A DNA stretch of 64,000 nt, taken from positions 1,472,001-1,536,000 of the forward strand of contig OZ241981.1 of NCBI GenBank assembly GCA_965204345.1, in the 5' to 3' direction. The notes beneath the pieces are model-generated. The model had not been told where the DNA came from. It did not search any database and saw only the letters and a list, made by a program, of their open reading frames with translations. Below are positions 39,181 to 49,168 of the stretch, in pieces. Each line of letters begins with the position of its first letter. Within the stretch, counting starts at the first letter, position 1. Source of the DNA: Nitrosopumilus sp. Lineage in GTDB: Archaea; Thermoproteota; Nitrososphaeria; Nitrososphaerales; Nitrosopumilaceae. Position numbers and translations under genes: made by a program.

Positions 39181-40013
39181 CTCGAATGTTAAAAAAAGCA
39201 CTAGAAAACGTGCTTACAGAAAAAGAAAATGATGAATTAATTTCAGCGTTTGATCAGATTGGAGAAATAATAATTGTCAGAATTCCAGATTCGCTGTTAT
39301 CAAAAAAGGAAATTATAGGAAAAACGCTGTTAGATAAAGTAAAGATTGTCAGAAGCGTGTTCTATCAGGCCTCAGCAGTAGAGGGGGATTTTCGTACCAG
39401 AGACCTAGAAATTCTTGCAGGCGAAGATAATACAGAGACTCAATACAAAGAATTTGGCTGTAAATTTACAGTTGACGTCAAAAATGCGTTTTTTTCACCC
39501 AGACTATCTACAGAAAGAGAAAGAATTGCCACCTTGATTGAGGATGGAGAAACAGTGACTAACATGTTTGGAGGAATTGGAATGTTTTCCATAATGGCTG
39601 CTAAAAAGAAAAAGTGTACAGTGTATAGCTTGGACATCAATCCTACTGCTTCGAGATTATGTGAAACAAATGTTGGATTAAACAAGTTAGCAGGAAGTGT
39701 GATTTCAATAAATGGAGACGCGTCTGAAATCATCAAAGATCAATTAGCTGATAAATCAGATAGAACACTGATGTTATTGCCTGAGAGCTCTGATAAATTT
39801 CTGGAATCTGCAGTTAATACAACAAAAAGTGGGGGAATAATTCACTATTACTCACACATACACGCAGATAAAAAAACAAGTGCTGGGAAACTTTCAGAAG
39901 AGCATTATTTACAAGTCACACCGGTAAAATCAGAAATTCTAAACTCAAAAATTGTCAGACCAGTTGGACCTAGATATTACCAAACAGTTGTAGATGTAAA
40001 AATTTCCAAGTAA
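39177..40013 (+). CDS. Trm5/Tyw2 (Met-10) family tRNA-modifying SAM-dependent transferase
   Basis: AFDQIGEIII, FFSPRLSTERERI, NMFGGIGMFSI, DINP. Confidence 0.88.
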   Translation: MTRMLKKALENVLTEKENDELISAFDQIGEIIIVRIPDSLLSKKEIIGKTLLDKVKIVRSVFYQASAVEGDFRTRDLEILAGEDNTETQYKEFGCKFTVDVKNAFFSPRLSTERERIATLIEDGETVTNMFGGIGMFSIMAAKKKKCTVYSLDINPTASRLCETNVGLNKLAGSVISINGDASEIIKDQLADKSDRTLMLLPESSDKFLESAVNTTKSGGIIHYYSHIHADKKTSAGKLSEEHYLQVTPVKSEILNSKIVRPVGPRYYQTVVDVKISK

Positions 40014-40014
40014 A

Positions 40015-40233
40015 TCAATCATCAGAAGTGATTGAGGCAGGAGAGGGTTTTGTCGTTGCCATTACATAACCAATCCATGCAATAACCCCTAAAATTCCTC
40101 CGGCAATCATTAAAACAGATAGCTGTAGTACAATAGGACTCCATTCAGACAGCATTAGCAGGTATGCATAAAGGAAGAAACCCCCAATACATAGAATAAA
40201 AATTGTAATTCCCATTCCTTTTCGCTTGTCCAT
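40015..40233 (-). CDS. Small two-TM membrane protein
   Basis: Two TM helices, AWIGYVMATTKP. Confidence 0.75.
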   Translation of the reverse strand: MDKRKGMGITIFILCIGGFFLYAYLLMLSEWSPIVLQLSVLMIAGGILGVIAWIGYVMATTKPSPASITSDD

Positions 40234-40258
40234 GGCGAAGAATTTTTTTGTGAGTTAT

Positions 40259-40768
40259 TTATTGCTTTGAACTATCCAGTTCAATTGCCATAAGATATGC
40301 ATCTTCGCCATCTCGATAATACGCGTTTAATTGTTGTCGTATTACAAAACCAAATTTTTCATACAGTCGTACAGCATCAGTATTGCTACATCTTACTTCC
40401 AAATAGAACTCATCACATTTTCGTAGTTTGATGCCATTGACAGACTCTTCAACAAGGGCATTACCAATGCCTTTTTTTCGATACTCATCAAGCACGGCAA
40501 TAGAAACTACATGTCCTTTTTTGACAAACCCTAATTTTTTAAAATTAGAAAAGCCAAATTCAGTTTTACACATGATATATCCGACATGCTTTCCTCCAAT
40601 TTCTGCAACGATGAAGGCCTCGGGAAGCTCTGCAAGTAAACTCTCGTAAAAGTAATCAGAATAGTGCTCAGGCAGTGTTTTTAGATTAATTTCCATTACA
40701 GAAATTAGATCGCTTGGTTCTGCCCTTCTAATATTGCAATCTCCCAGTTGCCTAAGAATAACTTGCAT
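40259..40768 (-). CDS. N-terminal protein acetyltransferase (Ard1/RimI)
   Basis: INLKTLPEHY, GHVVSIAV, YRKKGIG, LEVRCSN..A..LY, YYRDGEDAY. Confidence 0.92.
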   Translation of the reverse strand: MQVILRQLGDCNIRRAEPSDLISVMEINLKTLPEHYSDYFYESLLAELPEAFIVAEIGGKHVGYIMCKTEFGFSNFKKLGFVKKGHVVSIAVLDEYRKKGIGNALVEESVNGIKLRKCDEFYLEVRCSNTDAVRLYEKFGFVIRQQLNAYYRDGEDAYLMAIELDSSKQ

Positions 40769-40841
40769 GATTGTGTATGATAACATCAATATTTAATTTT
40801 AAACCAAAAGACCATTTAATGGAAAAAAACAGTCTTAAAGA

Positions 40842-41948
40842 ATGGAGGATTCTTCACAAGAAGACATTATCTCACTAGTCAATTCCATGTTTAGTGTCAG
40901 TGATTTTAGCAAAACGGAATTTTCATTAGAATTTAGAATAGAGGATACGGATTTCAAATCAAAATTTGAAAATTTAGCAAGAAAATTAGAAAATATGAGA
41001 TATGTCGGCAAATTAGAAAAAATAGAGGGCGTACTCTACATTATAATCCAGAAATTTTCTCCGGCAAAACAACGAAGATGGATGAATACATCGTGGACTC
41101 CAAGAATACTATTTGCAATAGTCATTTCATTTGTGATGGTTGACGGATACTATAGAACGTCAGGAACCAATTCGATTATAGAGATTGGTGATCCCTTGGA
41201 GATGGCAGCAGTATACACATTATCATTATTGGGAATCCTAGGAGTCCATGAGCTTGGTCATATTGTGGCTGCCAAAGTACATGGCTTGAAAACAAGCTGG
41301 CCATTTTTCATTCCGGGTCTTCCTGTCATAGGAATACCAACGTTTGGGGCATTTATCCAATCAAAAGGACTAACGGTTAATCGGGAAATCCTGTTTGATG
41401 TGGCTATTGCAGGTCCTATTGCAGGACTGATAATTGCAGTCATTGTTTCAATTTATGGGGCATATACTGCGCCAATTTTAGAGCCAGAAATTGCAAGTAG
41501 ATTGTTTGAAGACTCTAGGTTAAGTGAATGGAGTCAGGGAGAGCCGTTGTTAATGACTGCCAGCTTGGCATTGTTTGGCAAAGGCGGGGAAGGACATCAA
41601 GTCATCATGACGCCAATAATGTTTGCAGCGTGGATTGGATTCTTGATTACATTTTTGAACTTGTTACCGGCATGGCAGTTGGATGGGGGTCATATGGCAA
41701 GAACATTGCTGGGAATCAAACTGCATAGATACGCAACATATGGAAGCTTGGCGATCCTTGTTCTGTTAAACTATTGGCTGATGGCAATCTTGATTTTCGC
41801 AATGAGTTCAAGAAATCCTAGTGCAACACCATTAGATGACATTTCGCCGCTTTCGCGAAATAGAAAACTTGCATATGCTGGAATTATAGGTTTAGCAATT
41901 TTATGTGCGCCATTACCAACTAGCTTTTTGCCAGGCATCCTACCTTAA
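40842..41948 (+). CDS. Site-2 protease (M50)
   Basis: HELGH, AIAGP, NLLPAWQLDGGH. Confidence 0.93.
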   Translation: MEDSSQEDIISLVNSMFSVSDFSKTEFSLEFRIEDTDFKSKFENLARKLENMRYVGKLEKIEGVLYIIIQKFSPAKQRRWMNTSWTPRILFAIVISFVMVDGYYRTSGTNSIIEIGDPLEMAAVYTLSLLGILGVHELGHIVAAKVHGLKTSWPFFIPGLPVIGIPTFGAFIQSKGLTVNREILFDVAIAGPIAGLIIAVIVSIYGAYTAPILEPEIASRLFEDSRLSEWSQGEPLLMTASLALFGKGGEGHQVIMTPIMFAAWIGFLITFLNLLPAWQLDGGHMARTLLGIKLHRYATYGSLAILVLLNYWLMAILIFAMSSRNPSATPLDDISPLSRNRKLAYAGIIGLAILCAPLPTSFLPGILP

Positions 41949-43025
41949 CAGTAATCTTGCACCATCAGTAACTACTGAAACTTTTTGACGTGCGCCTTGG
42001 GTTTTTAAGATATAATCCATAGAATATTTTATGCCAGGCATGGAAATCATGTTTAGCTTTTTGGCATAAAATTCAGGCAGAATCGAGATTAGTCCTATTT
42101 GAAAATTCTTTTGTATTTCTGAAAGGAACAGCAAATCCTCCATTCCGTCAATGTACTTGCTTGGATTTCGCAGGTGCTCTAAAGTTAACCTGTCTTCAAG
42201 ATGTTGTTGCAGTGCGTCAGACCCCAGTCCACCCTTGCACTCAGCTACTAAAATGGCAAGGCCATCTTTTTTGATTGCACTAGCGCAATTCCACAAAGAA
42301 GAAAGCGAGCCCCCAAGATTGTCGTTGCTTGCATCTTTTCCAGTACTGACTACCATGGTCTTATGCTGACCAACATCCTTGATGGAATTTGACTCTAAAA
42401 TTTTTGTCGATGAGATTGTTTCTGAGGGATGCCCAATTGTAAAATCAACTATGCCTTCAGAATTTGCAATTACCTCAATTCCCTGTATTTCAAAGCTGTC
42501 TGTGAATTTTTTTGCCTCTGTTAGACTTTCAGGATGCTGTCCAGGTACAGGCAGATGTCCGTGTCTTTTTGCATATGCTGATAGCATAGAATCCTGCCCA
42601 AATTTTTTGATGAGACGTGTAGATATGGTCTCATATCCGAACAATCCGTTAAATTCCATCTCCCCCATAAACACAAGATTTGAATTTGAAATATCTGAAT
42701 CATCCTCAAATTCATTAATGGAGCTCCCCTCAGGCAGTCCGGATTTTATTAGGTTTAGGATTTTTTTGTCAGTGAAAATTTTCGGAAAAGGCTTTGATTT
42801 TTGTTCACATAGGGCAAACAATGAGGAGATGATTTTTTGAATGGATTTGGAATTGTGCAATACAACAATCTCCATAGGCCTTGATAAGTCAAGGGTGCTT
42901 AGTTTTTCATTGATCTCCAAATCGTCTAAAACTTTACCCTCAGAATCAATCTTCTGCTCTAAATTTTCTGCCTTTATATCCAAAACTACATCAGTAATAC
43001 CATAGTTTAACCAAATTTCAGGCAT
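41940..43025 (-). CDS. LarA/DUF2088-like protein (divergent)
   Basis: EIWLNYG N-terminus; AIKKDGLAILVAECKGGLGS resembles the LarA C-terminal motif. Confidence 0.6.
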   Translation of the reverse strand: MPEIWLNYGITDVVLDIKAENLEQKIDSEGKVLDDLEINEKLSTLDLSRPMEIVVLHNSKSIQKIISSLFALCEQKSKPFPKIFTDKKILNLIKSGLPEGSSINEFEDDSDISNSNLVFMGEMEFNGLFGYETISTRLIKKFGQDSMLSAYAKRHGHLPVPGQHPESLTEAKKFTDSFEIQGIEVIANSEGIVDFTIGHPSETISSTKILESNSIKDVGQHKTMVVSTGKDASNDNLGGSLSSLWNCASAIKKDGLAILVAECKGGLGSDALQQHLEDRLTLEHLRNPSKYIDGMEDLLFLSEIQKNFQIGLISILPEFYAKKLNMISMPGIKYSMDYILKTQGARQKVSVVTDGARLLLR

Positions 43026-43075
43026 GATTATTACACAATACAAAACAAAATAAATCAAGTGTAGTTAATTTTTGT

Positions 43076-43681
43076 ATGGAATTTGTAAAAGAGTTTGCAA
43101 CCTTTTTGCATGAAAAAGGCATCATAAAATTTGGGGATTTTACACTTGCCAGCGGAAAAAAGAGTTCATACTATGTGGATTTGAGATTAGTTCCAAGCTA
43201 TCCCCTAGAGTTTAGAAAAATGATAAAATATCTTGAAAATCAGATTGTTCAGGATATTGGATTGGATAACTTTGATTCAATAGTGTCAGTTCCCACGGGA
43301 GGCTTGGTTATTGCATCGGCATTAGCAGTTGAGACTGTAAAACCGCTAATCTATGTAAGAAGCAAACCAAAGGATTATGGAACATCAAAGTCAGTTGAGG
43401 GGAAAATTCATGACAACATGAGAGCTGTCATGATTGATGATGTCGCAACCACAGGAGGTTCAGTCCTTAATGCAATAGGAACTCTAAAAAAAGTCAATGT
43501 TGATGTCAAGGACGCATATGTCATTGTAAACCGTATGGAAGGAGCTGATAAGGCACTTTTGGAATTGGGAGTGAAAACACATTCAATTCTAAATATCTTA
43601 CAAATCACAGAAGCACTGTATGAGCAGAATCTTTTAGATGAAACAGTCCTAGAAAAAGTAAAAGAACAAATCCACAAGTGA
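43076..43681 (+). CDS. pyrE: Orotate phosphoribosyltransferase
   Basis: FGDFTLASGKKSSYYVDLR, KDYGT, MIDDVATTGGS. Confidence 0.95.
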   Translation: MEFVKEFATFLHEKGIIKFGDFTLASGKKSSYYVDLRLVPSYPLEFRKMIKYLENQIVQDIGLDNFDSIVSVPTGGLVIASALAVETVKPLIYVRSKPKDYGTSKSVEGKIHDNMRAVMIDDVATTGGSVLNAIGTLKKVNVDVKDAYVIVNRMEGADKALLELGVKTHSILNILQITEALYEQNLLDETVLEKVKEQIHK

Positions 43682-43794
43682 GTTTTTGGCAGCTCAGACA
43701 AATGCCTTCCAATCATCAATTCAGATATAACTCTGATTCTTCATTGCAGCCAGATAGCTTTTAATCTGCTCATTTTAAAACTAATTGAAAATAA

Positions 43795-43868
43795 TGGGCC
43801 CGAAGGGCTTCGATCCCTTGGCTCACCGGTTATGAGCCGGTTACTCTACCAAGCTGAGTTACGGGCCC
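43795..43868 (-). tRNA. tRNA with CAT anticodon, most likely tRNA-Ile2 (agmatidine-modified)
   Basis: GGGCCCG...CGGGCCC-A acceptor typical of archaeal tRNA-Ile; ACCGG-CTCATAA-CCGGT anticodon arm; T-loop ATCGAAG. Confidence 0.85.
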
Positions 43869-43909
43869 TACGCAAGGGAATTTTTTCTCAGGTATAAAAT
43901 GTTATGAGA

Positions 43910-44542
43910 TTAGCAGTATTCCTCGTAGCAGCTATCCAGTAGCAGATTTTGTGCCAAAATTGACCTGTCTGCAATTTCAATCAGGCTGTCTGTACTGACT
44001 GGGGATTTCTCAAGAATGCTTCTCCATGATGCAGCGTGTCTAATGTCGGCCTCAGTATGGAGCTTAAAGTATTCTGTAGCCTCATCACTTGTCATTCCGT
44101 AGAATTCTGACAAACCGTCAAGCTTTGTTTGGCTGATTTTTGGAATTTCTTTTTCAAAGGCATACATTGCACATGCACCCCCATCAAAAGTATCCATTAG
44201 CTGATTCAAATCAGATACTGCTTTTTGTGTCTTGGCAGTCCCTGAGTATGAAGTCAGTTCGTCCTCAGATATTCCAAGTTGGCCGGCAAAAACAATCCAT
44301 GGTCTAATGTGATCTGACTCTTCCTGCTGGTTTTCGACTAGTTCACTGACAGTAGACTCGGGAGATTTTTCAATGATGGGAGTCATAAAAGACGGAACTG
44401 CTTTTACAAGCTGAAAGTACTCTTTAGAATAGCCTGCAAGGGATTCCCGTGTCAATTTTCCATCAGACCACATTTGGTAAAATGGATGCTTTAGCAAACT
44501 TTTTTCTTCAATCATCTCGTCAATTTTTTGTATTATATTCAT
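43910..44542 (-). CDS. TenA/PqqC superfamily heme-oxygenase-like diiron protein (CADD-like)
   Basis: LLKHPFYQMWSDGKL..L..YSKEYF, EESDH, YAFE, YFKLHTEADIRH. Confidence 0.85.
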   Translation of the reverse strand: MNIIQKIDEMIEEKSLLKHPFYQMWSDGKLTRESLAGYSKEYFQLVKAVPSFMTPIIEKSPESTVSELVENQQEESDHIRPWIVFAGQLGISEDELTSYSGTAKTQKAVSDLNQLMDTFDGGACAMYAFEKEIPKISQTKLDGLSEFYGMTSDEATEYFKLHTEADIRHAASWRSILEKSPVSTDSLIEIADRSILAQNLLLDSCYEEYC

Positions 44543-44621
44543 GATTGACCTGCAATATCGCCAATAAAAAATCTTTGTGGTTTACAAAAGATTTTATGAT
44601 GATAATGCAGAATTTTCGTGG

Positions 44622-44700
44622 GTTCCAGTGGTGTAGACCGGTCAAGCATTTTGCCCTTTCAAGGCAAAGATCCCGGGTTCAAATCCCGGCTGGAGCACCA
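44622..44700 (+). tRNA. tRNA-Glu(TTC), CCA encoded
   Basis: GTTCCAG...CTGGAGC-A-CCA; TTGCC-CTTTCAA-GGCAA; GGTTCAAATCC. Confidence 0.95.
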
Positions 44701-44727
44701 AGATTTATTTACGTATGGTAAATTTTT

Positions 44728-45594
44728 TTGATCAGGCCCATCTTGGACAGGAAAAATATTGAGGTTAATCCTTTGCTTGAAACCTACGGCAAATACATTC
44801 AGCGAATCAATCAGGCTTTGGATGATGAGCTTGCAGTTTACTCTGAATCTGAATTTATTGAGCCCCTAAAGTATTCCTTGGATGGAGGAAAGCGAATCAG
44901 GCCCATTATTTTGAATTTGGCGGCTGAGAGCGTGGGCAAAATTGATGAGAATGTACTATCAGCTTCGTGTGCAGTTGAATTTCTTCACATGGAGTCAATC
45001 ATACATGATGATATTATCGACGAGGAAACCATGAGAAGGCAAAAGGAGCCATTTCACGTCAAATATGGCTATAATACCAGTGTGCTGACAGGGGATTTTG
45101 TTTTAGGATTGATTCTTGCAATATCATCCAGACTGGACAATGCTAGAATTACAAAAGACCTAGCAACCACTGCTATGCTGATGAGTGAGGGGGAAATAAT
45201 TGAAGGCAGGCTGGAAAACAGCAAGGATGTAACGTTTGATGACTATCTAAAAGTAATTGAATACAAAACAGCAGTGGCATTTCAAGTTGCATCCAGAATA
45301 GGAGGAATCATTGCAAACGGCACTGAGGAACAAATCGAAGCCTTGACTGAGTACGGAAAGAATTTGGGAATTGCATATCAAATAAGAGATGATCTGCTAG
45401 ATTGGAAAAATGAAGACAAGTTATTTAATTTGTTGATAAAGAAGAGCTCAGACCCCAGAGATGTTTTTAACAAGATGGAGGAATTACTAAAAGAATATTC
45501 CGAAAAGGCAAGAACCAGTCTGAGAAAAATTCCAGAGACGGATGCAAAAACAAACCTGGATAACTTGATTAAATTTACCTCGTTTAAGGCATAA
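44728..45594 (+). CDS. Polyprenyl diphosphate synthase (second paralogue)
   Basis: GGKRIRP, IIHDDIIDEETMRR, YKTA, YQIRDDLLD. Confidence 0.92.
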   Translation: MIRPILDRKNIEVNPLLETYGKYIQRINQALDDELAVYSESEFIEPLKYSLDGGKRIRPIILNLAAESVGKIDENVLSASCAVEFLHMESIIHDDIIDEETMRRQKEPFHVKYGYNTSVLTGDFVLGLILAISSRLDNARITKDLATTAMLMSEGEIIEGRLENSKDVTFDDYLKVIEYKTAVAFQVASRIGGIIANGTEEQIEALTEYGKNLGIAYQIRDDLLDWKNEDKLFNLLIKKSSDPRDVFNKMEELLKEYSEKARTSLRKIPETDAKTNLDNLIKFTSFKA

Positions 45595-47068
45595 GATCTG
45601 AGCTAATTACCGGCGTTGCAAATTCTACAAATTTCAGTAATGGTTCTGGGTATACGCCGAATCCTACCAGGAAGATAGTTGAGAAGATCATTACAGCAAT
45701 GATGGACTTTGGTTCTGCAACTCGTTTTTCTGTCTCTCCTTCAAAGTACATCTTTCTTGTAATCCAACCATAGTATGCAAGAGATAGTGCACTGTTAAGA
45801 ACGCCGGCAATTGCAAGCCATGGTGCCCACCATAATGCAGAACTAGCATCCAAGGCACTGCCAAACAGCATCAACTTACTCCAAAATCCTGAAAGCGGAG
45901 GCACGCCAGCCAAGGCAAAGAGGGCAATGACCAAACCTAATGCGGTAATTGGCATTCTTCGTCCAAGTCCTTTTAGTTTGTCAATATGTGTAACTGCGAG
46001 AGTTGTAACAATGCCGGCAATTGCAATAAAGGCCGCACCCTTCATCACGGCGTGATTCATTATTTGGTACAGCGAACCTTGCAGTCCAAGCGAACTGTGT
46101 GGTGCCACTGCAAGCCCGATCAAAATGTATCCTGCATGGGCAATGCTAGAGTATGCCAGCATTCTGGAAATATTTTTTTGCATAATTGCTGCAACATTTC
46201 CAATTGTCATGGTCATTACTGCGATAATTCCAAGGGCCAAAGTCCAGTCAAGATTTAGTACCACCATTCCAAGAACTACAATTCTGATTGTTGCGGCAAA
46301 TCCTGCTTTTTTGGTTGCAGCTGCTAAAAGAGCAGTAATTGTTGGCGGAGCGCCCTCATAGGTATCTGGCAGCCACTGATGGAACGGTACTAGACCCATC
46401 TTGAATCCGAATCCTGCGATGAACATTCCGACTGAAAGCAGTGCAAGAGGAAGCAGTGATGGATCAAGCGTTGAATAGCCTTGAATCACCTCGCCAATAT
46501 TTGTAGAACCGGTCAATCCATAGGATATTGAAATACCATAAACTATGATTGCAGAGGACATCGCACCAAATAGGAAGTATTTCAGGGCTGCCTCATTTGA
46601 GCTTGGATTCTTTTTCATGTAACCTACCAAAATGTATGTCGGAATACTCATCAATTCCCATGCAACAAACAGCATTATCAAATCAGTAGAGTACGCAACT
46701 AGGATCATGCCTATTGTCGCAAGTAAAATCAGGGAATAGTATACGGCAGGAGAGTTGTGTTTTCTCATATAGTTAAAAGAGCCGACAGTTGTGAATACGG
46801 CAACAATTAACATTGCAAGTGCAAAGAATCCGCCAAATGCGTCATCTACAACCACATCCTCTGAAAACAGGGCTGAGGAGGCTATATTTTCACTATAAAA
46901 CTGGTATCCGACATAGCCCATTGATACAATTAGTGCTGCAAATGCAATTACTGCATAAAATGAGTTTGAACCCTGCTCTTTTCTTGCAATACTGATAATT
47001 GGAAGCAGGATTCCCACCGTTCCCAAAATTGCAATTAATACCAGCGGAGTAGAAGTAATCTCGATCAT
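45584..47068 (-). CDS. nuoN: NADH-quinone oxidoreductase subunit N
   Basis: EAALKYF, FKMGLVPFHQWLPDTYEGAP, RMLAYSSIAHAGY. Confidence 0.95.
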   Translation of the reverse strand: MIEITSTPLVLIAILGTVGILLPIISIARKEQGSNSFYAVIAFAALIVSMGYVGYQFYSENIASSALFSEDVVVDDAFGGFFALAMLIVAVFTTVGSFNYMRKHNSPAVYYSLILLATIGMILVAYSTDLIMLFVAWELMSIPTYILVGYMKKNPSSNEAALKYFLFGAMSSAIIVYGISISYGLTGSTNIGEVIQGYSTLDPSLLPLALLSVGMFIAGFGFKMGLVPFHQWLPDTYEGAPPTITALLAAATKKAGFAATIRIVVLGMVVLNLDWTLALGIIAVMTMTIGNVAAIMQKNISRMLAYSSIAHAGYILIGLAVAPHSSLGLQGSLYQIMNHAVMKGAAFIAIAGIVTTLAVTHIDKLKGLGRRMPITALGLVIALFALAGVPPLSGFWSKLMLFGSALDASSALWWAPWLAIAGVLNSALSLAYYGWITRKMYFEGETEKRVAEPKSIIAVMIFSTIFLVGFGVYPEPLLKFVEFATPVISSDLMP

Positions 47069-47080
47069 TTCATAATTCTC

Positions 47081-49165
47081 CTATATCAGCAACATCAGAA
47101 CTACGAATAGTAATCCTGCTCCAAATACGAATAGATATGACTGTGAAACACCGGTCTGGGTTCCTTGGACAACTTTGGCACTCCAGCCGACTGCTTTTTG
47201 AACCCCGGCATTCATACCGTAATCAATAGCGGTCTTTTCAAAGTATCGGAAGATTCCTCTTGCTAGCCACAGTGGGGCTACAACAAAGAGCCAGTAGATT
47301 ATTGCATTTAGGTACCACCTGTTTAAGAATAGTTTGTGAATTGAGTAAAATACAATGTTTGAGTTGACAAACTTTACTGGATCTACCCATCTTCCGATAT
47401 AGAATATGTAGCCTAGACCAATGCCTGTAGCAAACGCCACTAGTGATGAGCCAAGTGCAACCGGGTTGAGGCCCTGCAGGAATTCCGGCAGGATTGATGC
47501 CTCATTGGCAGCTGCTGCATGAGTGCTGTGAATGCCAAACGAATGCTCAAGATATTCCTCAAATAGGTGATGCAACCCTTCTTCGGCAGATAGTCCAATA
47601 AGTCCAATTCCGATTGTAAGAACTGCAAGTATTCCGTATGGAACCCACATTGATACTGATGCCTCGTGGATATGATGCCCTTCCTCTTCCATCTTTTCAA
47701 TATGCCTGCTCTTCTTTCCAAAGAAGACCATTCCAATCATTCTTGTTGTATAAAATGCAGTGATAATGGCAGTAAGTACGGCAATAATGTATAGGGGCAT
47801 TGCCCATTCATTTCCAGACTCATAAACTGCAGCAAATATTGCATCCTTACTCCAGAAACCAGTTGTGATAAATGGCGCACCCATCAGACCTAGACCTGCT
47901 GCCCACATGAACGCATAGGTCTTCTTCATATGCTTTCGCAAGCCGCCCATATCAGTCATGAATCTAGAACCGACAATATGCAACAATGAGCCTGCTGCCA
48001 TGAATAGTGAGGCCTTAAACATTGCATGGGAAATCAAGTGGAAAAATCCTGCTGTATAACCATCAACATATTGATAGGACAATCCTGCAACACCTAGTGC
48101 CATCATCATATAGCCGATTTGGGAACCGGTGGAATAGGCAAGAACCTTCTTAATTTCTGGGTTAACCATGCCTTGTGTTGCAAGTAATAGTGCAGTGATT
48201 GCGCCAACCCAGGCAACAATTTCAAAGAATTGATCAGCCATAATTCCGGCAGCACCCAATGCAAATACAAGCGGGCCAATTCTTGCAACCAGGAAAACAC
48301 CTGCTTTTACCATTGTTGCTGCGTGAATCAATGCAGATACTGCAGTAGGACCAGTCATTGCTTCTAACAGCCACTCGTTTAGTGGGAATTGTGCAGACTT
48401 TCCTATGGCACCGCCAAACAGTAAAACAAATGCCGGTACCAACAATCCCTGGGCAGCCATTGCAGTAGCCCAATCAGTAGAACCCATTAATTCCTTAAAT
48501 CCAAATGTTCCAGCAAACAAAAATATCAAAAGCATGCCTGCAATCATCATTACATCACCAACTTTGGTCATGATGAATGCCTTCATTCCTGCATGTGTTG
48601 GCGCATAGTAGTCTAGCATGCCAAGAACGGTTCTTCCCTCTGTACCAACATGATCCTTCTTTTTATCACGATACCAAAAGCTGATCAAAGCATATGATGC
48701 AAGACCCACCCCTTCCCATCCAAAGAAGACCTGCAGGAGGTTGTCAGATAATACGATTAGCTGCATTGAACCAATAAAGAACATCATCCAGAACCAGAAT
48801 CGTGTAATGTCCTTGTCACCCTTCATGTAGCCGGTGCTGTAAATCATAATCAGAAATGAGATCCACGCAACAACATTTGCCATGATAATCGAAAGGGGAT
48901 CTGCCAAGACTCCTGCCTTGAGACCAATTGCCTCAATCCACATTACCTGATCATGTATTTCATGAGCCTCCAAGGCCATCGGAAGCATTGTTGCAGCAGA
49001 CAGTGCACTCATCAAAGCAAATCCTACTGCAACCAATCCTGTTGCATTCTTTGATAATTTTCCAATTCCTGGCATAATCATGGCAGCAACAAATGGCAAA
49101 ATCCAAACCAGCCAAGCACTAGCTGCTCCAACTTCAAATGGTAAGCCTATGGTCTCTGTTGCCAT
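47081..49165 (-). CDS. nuoL: NADH-quinone oxidoreductase subunit L
   Basis: GWEGVG, GKSAQFPL..WL..AMTGPTAVSALIHAATMV, HAMFKA. Confidence 0.95.
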   Translation of the reverse strand: MATETIGLPFEVGAASAWLVWILPFVAAMIMPGIGKLSKNATGLVAVGFALMSALSAATMLPMALEAHEIHDQVMWIEAIGLKAGVLADPLSIIMANVVAWISFLIMIYSTGYMKGDKDITRFWFWMMFFIGSMQLIVLSDNLLQVFFGWEGVGLASYALISFWYRDKKKDHVGTEGRTVLGMLDYYAPTHAGMKAFIMTKVGDVMMIAGMLLIFLFAGTFGFKELMGSTDWATAMAAQGLLVPAFVLLFGGAIGKSAQFPLNEWLLEAMTGPTAVSALIHAATMVKAGVFLVARIGPLVFALGAAGIMADQFFEIVAWVGAITALLLATQGMVNPEIKKVLAYSTGSQIGYMMMALGVAGLSYQYVDGYTAGFFHLISHAMFKASLFMAAGSLLHIVGSRFMTDMGGLRKHMKKTYAFMWAAGLGLMGAPFITTGFWSKDAIFAAVYESGNEWAMPLYIIAVLTAIITAFYTTRMIGMVFFGKKSRHIEKMEEEGHHIHEASVSMWVPYGILAVLTIGIGLIGLSAEEGLHHLFEEYLEHSFGIHSTHAAAANEASILPEFLQGLNPVALGSSLVAFATGIGLGYIFYIGRWVDPVKFVNSNIVFYSIHKLFLNRWYLNAIIYWLFVVAPLWLARGIFRYFEKTAIDYGMNAGVQKAVGWSAKVVQGTQTGVSQSYLFVFGAGLLFVVLMLLI

Positions 49166-49168
49166 TAT

